Assembly: GCA_015523565.1 (NCBI GenBank)
Contig: WAKA01000159.1
Location: forward strand, 1 to 16,706
Length of the DNA stretch: 16,706 bases
Reading direction: 5' to 3'
Source of the DNA: Candidatus Heimdallarchaeota archaeon
Lineage (GTDB): Archaea; Asgardarchaeota; Heimdallarchaeia; Heimdallarchaeales; Kariarchaeaceae
Made by a program: the position numbers and the translations under genes. Numbering within the stretch: position 1 is the first letter of the stretch; each line of letters starts with the position of its first letter. This document shows, piece by piece, positions 1 through 6,397 of this stretch. Below the pieces are notes generated by a model. The model was not told the origin of the DNA. It did not search any database and was given only the letters and a program-made list of their open reading frames with translations.

Positions 1-130
1 TTCAATAACTGGACGACGACTCTGCGATCAAAAATACCTAAACAACAAATACAAACATATAGCCACCCCATCCCAACTTACTGAACTTACAACATAAATA
101 AGATAATTCCCTCTGAAAATGCTATTTTGC

Positions 131-877
131 TTATTCAGACTGCAAATGATTAAAGTTGATAATTTTCATGTCAGGGCAGGGGGTGACTGCATAAATACCG
201 TTTTGTGTCAGGATGTCCAATGCCTTCTCCGAGAAACTCATGGCTGACAGGAAAGTCAGAAGCCTTTTTCCTTCCAGATGGGGGAAATACTCGAAGAATT
301 CACCTTCTCGGACAAAGTTGACAAATGATTCTATGAATTTTTCTGTCGCAGTGGCTTTCACCTCATTAAGAACAACAGTGTCCGAATAGATGACAATGAT
401 GTCAAATTCTTTCGTCTTTCCATTTCTTTTGACTATGGTATTCGGCAGGATCATTTCAGGATCTTTCAGACCTAGATATTTCTCAACTGTTTCTGGAAAG
501 CACGGCAAAACTAGATCCTCCGCAATGGTCCCCAATCGATTTGCAAGCTCACCCCATTTTTTGTTCAGGGAGGCAATGTTTTTCTCGGTGAAGTCTTTAA
601 ATTCCTCCATTTCATTCTTGAACTCCATCATTTCCTCCTTGAACTTTCTGGTGTCCTCTCTGATCTCCTCCTTGAACTTTCTGGTATCCTCTCTGATCTC
701 CTCCTTGAATTTGGTCATCTCTTCCTTGAGTTTTCTGGTGTCCTCTCTGATCTCTTCCTTGAACTCTTTCATTTCATCAATAAAGGAAGCAAGTTTCATC
801 TCTGTCTGTCTTTGGATGTAAACTAACTCCTTTATCATCCTCTCAAGTTCGGAAACCCTTTCTACAACTTCCGCCAT
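131..877 (-). CDS. Coiled-coil repeat protein with C-terminal PD-(D/E)XK nuclease-like domain (DUF3782-like)
   Basis: 248 aa. The N-terminal E/K-rich coiled coil contains FKEEIREDTRK repeats and is followed by 'WGELANRLGTIAEDLV'. The motif 'KEFDIIVIYSDTVVLNEVKAT' (D...ExK) is typical of restriction-endonuclease-like folds. Confidence 0.7.
   Translation of the reverse strand: MAEVVERVSELERMIKELVYIQRQTEMKLASFIDEMKEFKEEIREDTRKLKEEMTKFKEEIREDTRKFKEEIREDTRKFKEEMMEFKNEMEEFKDFTEKNIASLNKKWGELANRLGTIAEDLVLPCFPETVEKYLGLKDPEMILPNTIVKRNGKTKEFDIIVIYSDTVVLNEVKATATEKFIESFVNFVREGEFFEYFPHLEGKRLLTFLSAMSFSEKALDILTQNGIYAVTPCPDMKIINFNHLQSE
633..765. repeat. Intragenic tandem repeat of 33-bp units with an interposed 21-bp unit
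   Basis: tcctccttgaactttctggtgtcctctctgatc at 633-665, a near-identical copy at 666-698, a 21-nt unit at 699-719, another 33-nt copy at 720-752, then a partial unit. Confidence 0.92.
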
Positions 878-1027
878 TTGTTAACATATTTTACCTTTTG
901 ATATTTAAGAACCTATGGGTTATTGGTAGGGAATTATGGCGTATAACGACAGCTTGTTGTCATTGAAATTTTAATATGGGGATCCATCAACCTTTTTACC
1001 TATAATCAACACATGCATGTTTCTAGA

Positions 1028-2176
1028 TCATACTCTCCCTGTTGCAACAAATCTGAAATAGAATGGCTTGAATATAAGTTTAAACCACCACCAGAATTTG
1101 CTTGGTTTTCCTGGTCTTGGTGGATTTTGGTAATTGAAGTCAAGGAAAAGACTTCTGCCGAAGGATGTAAGGAAGAAACATTGGACATGCCCGTCATATT
1201 TTTCTTCAATGCCATCCTTTTTCATTTCATGAACAAGGTTCTTTGCCAATGTTGGAGCCTCATAATGTGCCGTGGATCCAGCCTTAGAAGTGGGGATATT
1301 TGTAGCATCTCCCAAAGCAAAGATGTTATCAAATCCTTCCACTTTCAGGGTGAACCTATCTGTTTTTACCCAGCCTCCTGTTTCGGTCAGTCCTGCCTCT
1401 TCAAGGAATTTTTGTCCTCTATGCGGTGGAACCATTATCAAAAGGTCATAGTCGAGCTCGTCCCCTTCAACACTATAGACGACTTTTTCTTCAGTATCCA
1501 CTTCGTCTACATTGAAATAAGTCATTAAATTGATGCCTCTTTTCTCAAGTATTGGCTGTACCACTTCATTTGCGGTTTCAATTGAAAATGCCCTGTTGAG
1601 TGGTGATGCATAGGTGATTTCCACCTTGTCCCTGAGTTTTTTCTTTTTGAAATAGTCGTCGAGAAGGAAGCATGCTTCAATGGGTGCAGGAGGACATTTG
1701 AATGGCATGTCTGCAATTGCCACCACGATTTTTCCACCCTTGAAGTTTACAATCTGATCAGAAAGCCTTTCTGCTTCTGGTGGGGTGTAGAAGTGATAAA
1801 TTGTATCGTCCCACCAATCAACTACGTCCGTACGGATGGATGCTCCTGTGGCAATCACCAGATAATCATAGGGGACTACTCCTCCTTTTTCTGTTGTCAC
1901 TAACTGTTCTTTTGTATCCAGTTTTACGACTTTGTCTTGGATTGTCTTTACTTTCTTTGGAAGGAGCTTTCTTGCATCCTTAATCAAGGCATGCGTCTTA
2001 TCCTTCTTGAACATTGTAAAGAGAAACCCTGGCTGGTAAACATGTTTGAATGTTGGATCAATTACCGTAATCTCGAATGGAATCTTGGTCTTTTTTGCTT
2101 TTTTGTAAATCTTGTTGGCAGCAATAGTTCCTGCTGTTCCTGCTCCTATGATGACAATCCTTTTTGGCTGTTCCAT
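1028..2176 (-). CDS. sqr: Sulfide:quinone oxidoreductase-like flavoprotein (type III/SqrC-like; FAD-dependent disulfide oxidoreductase family)
   Basis: Rossmann motif GAGTAG, 'HVYQPGFLF', 'YDYLVIATGA', catalytic 'FKCPPAPIE', FAD motif 'IFALGDAT', 'SKAGSTAH', second catalytic Cys in 'YDGHVQCF', and a C-terminal aromatic/basic amphipathic helix (KFWWWFKLIFKPFYF). SD GAGGTGA at 2181-2187. Confidence 0.85.
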   Translation of the reverse strand: MEQPKRIVIIGAGTAGTIAANKIYKKAKKTKIPFEITVIDPTFKHVYQPGFLFTMFKKDKTHALIKDARKLLPKKVKTIQDKVVKLDTKEQLVTTEKGGVVPYDYLVIATGASIRTDVVDWWDDTIYHFYTPPEAERLSDQIVNFKGGKIVVAIADMPFKCPPAPIEACFLLDDYFKKKKLRDKVEITYASPLNRAFSIETANEVVQPILEKRGINLMTYFNVDEVDTEEKVVYSVEGDELDYDLLIMVPPHRGQKFLEEAGLTETGGWVKTDRFTLKVEGFDNIFALGDATNIPTSKAGSTAHYEAPTLAKNLVHEMKKDGIEEKYDGHVQCFFLTSFGRSLFLDFNYQNPPRPGKPSKFWWWFKLIFKPFYFRFVATGRV

Positions 2177-2194
2177 TGTTTCACCTCGCGGAAT

Positions 2195-2458
2195 TCATTC
2201 CTTTTTTTTCTTTCTCCTTCTTTTTTCGCCCTTTTGCACAATATAGTGTGTGGCTTCTCCTTCTTTCTTCATTTCCAGAAGCTTGTGTCCTGCTTTTTCA
2301 CACCATTTTGGAATTTCCAGTTCACTTCCCTTGTCCGATGAGATCAAGTCAACGACTTGTCCCACATCAACAGATTTAATGGCTCTTACCAATTCCATCA
2401 TGGGTCCTGGACAAAAACTTCCTCTTGCATCTATTGTCTTGACAACTTCGTATTCCAT
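2195..2458 (-). CDS. tusA: TusA/SirA-family sulfurtransferase (CPGP) with polybasic C-terminal tail
   Basis: 'IDARGSFCPGPMMEL...SSDKGSELEIPKWCEKAGH'. The ORF track starts at GTG 2467, which lies inside the SD (2464-2470), so ATG 2458 is the likelier start. Confidence 0.88.
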   Translation of the reverse strand: MEYEVVKTIDARGSFCPGPMMELVRAIKSVDVGQVVDLISSDKGSELEIPKWCEKAGHKLLEMKKEGEATHYIVQKGEKRRRKKKKE

Positions 2459-2468
2459 TTTCATCACC

Positions 2469-2882
2469 TCAAATTGTTAATACAACATCAGCGTCCTCTG
2501 CCTGTCCAGTGAAGTATGCGACGCCTGCAACATCATCAATTAGGTCCATGAAATCCTCTTTGTGGAGATTCCCCAATTCTGCAACAAGTGCACAAACTGT
2601 GAGCTTGATGTCCCCAAACTCTTTCAGATCCGCCATCAGTTCCCACCATGGCTTTATCTTCCCTTCATTCAAAGAGTCAGCAATTGTATTTGCAAATTCG
2701 GGGAAATTGCTGTGAACTGTTGTATTGTGCATGTAATTTTCCTTTTTCAAAGCCCATACTGCATCATTCATGAAGAAAATCTCCACTTCCATGTCATTTG
2801 CGATTGCTCCTGATGCAATCATTGTGGCTGTCATAAAGTCAGTATAGTTTCCGCTTTTCACCAACATTACCATTTTTGTCAT
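2469..2882 (-). CDS. DsrE/DsrF-like sulfur relay protein
   Basis: 137 aa. 'MIASGAIANDMEVEIFFMNDAVWAL', Cys in 'LTVCALVAEL' and C-terminal 'AGVAYFTGQAEDADVVLTI' match the DsrE fold. SD at 2887-2893. Confidence 0.85.
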   Translation of the reverse strand: MTKMVMLVKSGNYTDFMTATMIASGAIANDMEVEIFFMNDAVWALKKENYMHNTTVHSNFPEFANTIADSLNEGKIKPWWELMADLKEFGDIKLTVCALVAELGNLHKEDFMDLIDDVAGVAYFTGQAEDADVVLTI

Positions 2883-2892
2883 GTTATCACCT

Positions 2893-3372
2893 CTAGATAT
2901 ACAAAGTTATGTCTGCATCCTTTGCAAATTCAAGGAAGGTTGCAGCACCTCCGAATTCAACACCTTCAATAAAATCTTCCTTGTTCAATCCAAGCACGTC
3001 GACTGTCATTTGACAAGCAATCATGCGTACACCAGATTCCATGCATATCTCAACCAATTCAGGAACTGTTGGTACATTGGCATTGCCCATCCAGTTTCTC
3101 ATCATCTTTGTTGCCATTGCAGTCATTCCTGGGAGACCTCCGATAAAGTTCGGAACAGGGATGGGCATCGCAGGATTTCCCAGCGGTGGGACTTTTAGTC
3201 GATGGTATTTTTTCTTGTTAATGATGTCCAATCCATAGAACGTGAAAAATATTGCCACTTCCATGTCCAATGCCACAGCTGTTGATGCAAGGATCAGCGG
3301 TGGGTATGCTTCATCAAGTGTTCCTTTCGATGCAATGATCGCCAATTTCTTTGGCTTTTCCTCTTCTGACAT
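2893..3372 (-). CDS. DsrE2-like (DsrE/DsrF/DrsH-like family) sulfur carrier
   Basis: 'KLAIIASKGTLDEAYPPLILASTAVALDMEVAIFFTFYGL', 'IACQMTVDVLG' and 'GVEFGGAATFLEFA' are classic DsrE2 motifs. The track's GTG 3381 is inside the SD (3378-3384), so ATG 3372 is preferred. Confidence 0.9.
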   Translation of the reverse strand: MSEEEKPKKLAIIASKGTLDEAYPPLILASTAVALDMEVAIFFTFYGLDIINKKKYHRLKVPPLGNPAMPIPVPNFIGGLPGMTAMATKMMRNWMGNANVPTVPELVEICMESGVRMIACQMTVDVLGLNKEDFIEGVEFGGAATFLEFAKDADITLYI

Positions 3373-3382
3373 TTGTTTCACC

Positions 3383-3616
3383 TCATTTTGCTTTTTTGAC
3401 TAAGAATACGAACTTCCCGTCCTCTTCCTTTTCCTCCAACAGCTCTTGACCTGTTACTCTTGTCCATGCAGGGATGTCCTTCTTTGAGCCTGGGTCTGTT
3501 GCGATGATCTTTAGCACATCACCCACGTTGAGTGACTTGATTGCTTTCTTGGCTTTCAATACTGGCATTGGGCAGTTCAGCCCGCTTGTGTCTAACACTT
3601 CCTTTGGTTCAACCAT
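3383..3616 (-). CDS. tusA: TusA/SirA-family sulfurtransferase (CPMP)
   Basis: 77 aa. 'LDTSGLNCPMPVLKAKKAI...GDVLKIIATDPGSKKDIPAW' is a canonical TusA sequence. SD at 3621-3627. Confidence 0.93.
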   Translation of the reverse strand: MVEPKEVLDTSGLNCPMPVLKAKKAIKSLNVGDVLKIIATDPGSKKDIPAWTRVTGQELLEEKEEDGKFVFLVKKAK

Positions 3617-3620
3617 TCAA

Positions 3621-3703
3621 TCACCTCGCGGTTGGCAACTCTCTTTCTGTTGCCACTATACTAATTTCCGTTTTATCAGTTAAAAAGTGCTTTGCTCAAG
3701 CAC
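3621..3703 (-). promoter_or_regulatory. Putative promoter and leader of the sulfur operon: palindrome, TATA-like box, 5' UTR hairpin and SD
   Basis: GTGCTT-N5-AAGCAC at 3687-3703 abuts TTTTTAA (minus strand, 3686-3680). Inverted repeat TGGCAAC-N9-GTTGCCA at 3633-3655. GAGGTGA at 3621-3627. Confidence 0.5.
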
Positions 3704-3848
3704 AAATTATTGTCAAACATTCACTATTTTTTTAATCATTTGTATATTTTTAATCGAATTGCTATATACAAATGCCTATTTATGATTAAAATGCTTATTT
3801 CAGCAGGTTTTTTTTTGGGTTTGTCTCCAAATAAAAACATTAATTGAC

Positions 3849-4964
3849 ATGCTTGTGGTAGTATACATATTGCAATCTGACAAAGAAATAATTGAGGTTT
3901 CTTGGATACAGCTAAGACTTGAAACAGGGTTCAGCGACTTAACTAAAAGTAACCGTTTTGATACTTTTTCAGATATCTTTGAGATCTCATGGAATGGAAC
4001 ATCCATACAGAGATTGAAGATCAATGGGGGACTCAAGTATCTCCCAGAGCCCTTGGCAGATCTACAAGGGCTTGAGACAATTGTGATTGAGGGATTTGTT
4101 GAGAGAATTCCTGAACAATTTGCTAATTCAAAATTCTTGAAAAGATTGATTATTATTCCAAAGCATTGGCCAAGAGACTATAGTGAGATTCAGAATCTTT
4201 TCAATGGACTGGATAATCTCCGTTCTTTGCAGGAGATTTCTGTAATTGGCGGGAGCCTTACGAATTACGGGATGAAACAAATCCGGTATCTTCCCCATTC
4301 GATTTTCAGTCATTCTTCAGTTCAGGGTCTCCGTTTAATGAAATTGGGGATCGGTCAAATTCCTGATGAGATTGGAAATATGGTTGGCCTAAGAAATTTG
4401 GATATTCGTGGGAATCATGTCAAAACTATCTCTTCTGAACTCAAAAACCTGTCTAACCTCGAAAAAATTTGGTTTACTGACAATATTATCTCTTCACTTC
4501 CTGACATATTTGACCATTTTCCCAAACTTCGATGGATTGACTTGTCTTATAACCCACTTGAATTTTTACCTCCATCGTTCTATTCCCTTAAGGAATTAAG
4601 ATACCTGAATGCAAACAATTGTGGTCTGACCCATCTATCTGAAGACATTTCAAATCTGGAAAATCTAGAACAATTGTCGCTCAAGGGGAATGAAGGGCTT
4701 ATACTCCCGAAAAGCATATGGGATCTTCCCTCATTAAAGGTTTTGGATCTTTATGGCTGTGGTATCCGAAACCTTCCAGATGGCATCTCCCAATTGCAGA
4801 CATTGGAGGAGCTTTATCTGGCATACAATTACTTGAGGGATTTCCCTAAAGGCTTATGCTCCCTGAAAAACCTGAAAATAATTGACCTACGTTTCAACAA
4901 GCTTAGAAACATTCCAGTTTGTATTCTTGAAAAAGAAGGGCTCAAGGTTCTTGATGTTTCTTGA
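3849..4964 (+). CDS. Leucine-rich repeat protein (23-aa LxxLxLxxNxLxxLPxxI repeats)
   Basis: About 9 regular 23-residue LRRs (e.g. LRWIDLSYNPLEFLPPSF, LEELYLAYNYLRDFPKGL) plus degenerate N-terminal repeats. The start is uncertain (ATG 3849 or TTG 3870). Confidence 0.92.
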   Translation: MLVVVYILQSDKEIIEVSWIQLRLETGFSDLTKSNRFDTFSDIFEISWNGTSIQRLKINGGLKYLPEPLADLQGLETIVIEGFVERIPEQFANSKFLKRLIIIPKHWPRDYSEIQNLFNGLDNLRSLQEISVIGGSLTNYGMKQIRYLPHSIFSHSSVQGLRLMKLGIGQIPDEIGNMVGLRNLDIRGNHVKTISSELKNLSNLEKIWFTDNIISSLPDIFDHFPKLRWIDLSYNPLEFLPPSFYSLKELRYLNANNCGLTHLSEDISNLENLEQLSLKGNEGLILPKSIWDLPSLKVLDLYGCGIRNLPDGISQLQTLEELYLAYNYLRDFPKGLCSLKNLKIIDLRFNKLRNIPVCILEKEGLKVLDVS

Positions 4965-5583
4965 CATAAACGGTAGTTACCCATATCTTCCCTTTCTTTC
5001 TATGCAATATTTCATATCCTTGCTTACGAAATTCCATGTCAATCTCATTTTGGTTGTGCAGGTATGGTCGATATGCACCTTTCCTGTCTGCAATCCATGC
5101 AATTGGTTTCAATATTGCGCGAATTAGTTTCCAATTTCTTGGGATCGTATTTACTATCAATTTTGGGGACAACTCTGCGGAATGCCTTGCCATTTGCTTT
5201 GCTGAAGGATGGCAGCACATGACCCGATGCAATGAGATTGCATCTATTGTTTCTTGAGGTTCATATTCTAGATATGTGCATTTTCTGACTTCAAATCTCT
5301 CATTTGAGTATCCCTCTTCAGTCAATTGTTGTGTTGCAATCTCACACATTTTCTCTGATAGGTCTATCCCAATTACCTTTTCAACACCTTTATCCAGTAA
5401 TTCCGCCATTAGGGTTCCTGGACCGCATCCCACATCCAATGCCGTTTTTGCGGAAGCACTTGTAATTGCCATGGCGTGTTCCTGTGCACTTTTTGGGAGT
5501 CCCTTCTTCTCATGCCTGTCTTTCATCCTGTGGCTTTCCCTATCAAAAAACCGTGAAATGGCATTTTCTTTTTGATTGCTCAT
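4942..5583 (-). CDS. Class I SAM-dependent methyltransferase (resembles the BchM/ChlM-like group; substrate unknown)
   Basis: Motif I 'ALDVGCGPG', 'VIGIDLSEKM' and 'DAISLHRVMCCHP'. Confidence 0.85.
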   Translation of the reverse strand: MSNQKENAISRFFDRESHRMKDRHEKKGLPKSAQEHAMAITSASAKTALDVGCGPGTLMAELLDKGVEKVIGIDLSEKMCEIATQQLTEEGYSNERFEVRKCTYLEYEPQETIDAISLHRVMCCHPSAKQMARHSAELSPKLIVNTIPRNWKLIRAILKPIAWIADRKGAYRPYLHNQNEIDMEFRKQGYEILHRKKGKIWVTTVYVKKHQEP

Positions 5584-5630
5584 TGCCTTTAATGTTATCC
5601 TGACTTAATAAATCCATTGAAACCTAAAAA

Positions 5631-6275
5631 CTAATTGTCTTGCTTTTGGGCGACAAATCCGATATGCACTTCATTTATGCGGAACGCACGGATCATGGTA
5701 AATCCAGTATGTTCCATTATGTACATCCAGTCCTCAATCGAGTATCTAGAGAAATTTCTATGGTATTTCATTATGTCGTTTGGAGATAGTTCATTGAAGT
5801 CTGGTTGCTTGGCAAACCAAGATTCATAAACATGGATTGGCTGCCGTTCCCAATCCAGTACAATCAAATATCCATTTTTTTTCAGACTTTCGTGGAATGA
5901 CTTAAGAATGACATATTGATCTTCAAAAGACCTTAGGACTCTTGAAGAGAAAATTGCATCAATTCCCTTTGGAAGGTTCCAGTTTTGTTGCATGTGTTGT
6001 TGTATCAATTCAACCGTTCTTTTTTCTTTTTCACTTGCCAGCACTTCTTCTGCTTTTTTAAGCATGTCTGCAGACAGGTCAATCCCTATGACGGACATTG
6101 GATTATAGCGTTCTGCCAATTCCTTCAATAAGAGACCTGGTCCACATCCCACATCCAAAAAAATTCCTTTATTGATCTTTGCAAGGAATGGGTCAATATT
6201 TCTCCAATATTTTTCATTATGTACACGATGGAATGTTTTCATCATTCTGTATACAAAGGGATCCAAATCCTCCAT
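5631..6275 (-). CDS. Class I SAM-dependent methyltransferase (UbiE/Methyltransf_25-like; substrate unknown)
   Basis: 'FLDVGCGPG', 'VIGIDLSADML', 'IDAIFSSRVL' and 'SLKKNGYLIVLDW'. Confidence 0.88.
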   Translation of the reverse strand: MEDLDPFVYRMMKTFHRVHNEKYWRNIDPFLAKINKGIFLDVGCGPGLLLKELAERYNPMSVIGIDLSADMLKKAEEVLASEKEKRTVELIQQHMQQNWNLPKGIDAIFSSRVLRSFEDQYVILKSFHESLKKNGYLIVLDWERQPIHVYESWFAKQPDFNELSPNDIMKYHRNFSRYSIEDWMYIMEHTGFTMIRAFRINEVHIGFVAQKQDN

Positions 6276-6397
6276 GATAATTTCCGTAAATTGTAAACAA
6301 TTATTATATTTCTAGTTTGGGGCACCTGCCTTTTTCAAAAATAATAATTAAATATTAAGTCTTCCTATTAATATTATCGGCAATACTGGTTTTTTAA

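Noticed and set aside
1-97. Possible 3' end of a plus-strand gene entering the window (open frames to about 84 and 97)
   Set aside because: Too short, with no recognisable motif, so the frame cannot be assigned.
633-765. 33-bp repeats as a possible CRISPR array
   Set aside because: The units are directly adjacent with no unique spacers, keep the reading frame and lie within a CDS. There are no cas genes.
390-821. 143-aa plus-strand ORF with SSLISSLNFLV repeats
   Set aside because: It is the antisense shadow of the E/K-rich coiled-coil repeat. The minus-strand protein has recognisable motifs.
1011-1020. Perfect 10-bp palindrome ACATGCATGT just after the sqr stop
   Set aside because: It has no loop or convincing T-tract, and a palindrome of this length is expected by chance in 16.7 kb.
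1028-3616. Selenocysteine recoding in the sulfur-relay genes
   Set aside because: All catalytic positions are ordinary Cys, the ORFs are full length, and the TGA codons coincide with natural C-termini and downstream SDs.
4942-5583. Calling this methyltransferase bchM/chlM (chlorophyll synthesis)
   Set aside because: The resemblance is only general and there are no tetrapyrrole or photosynthesis genes nearby, so the substrate cannot be assigned.
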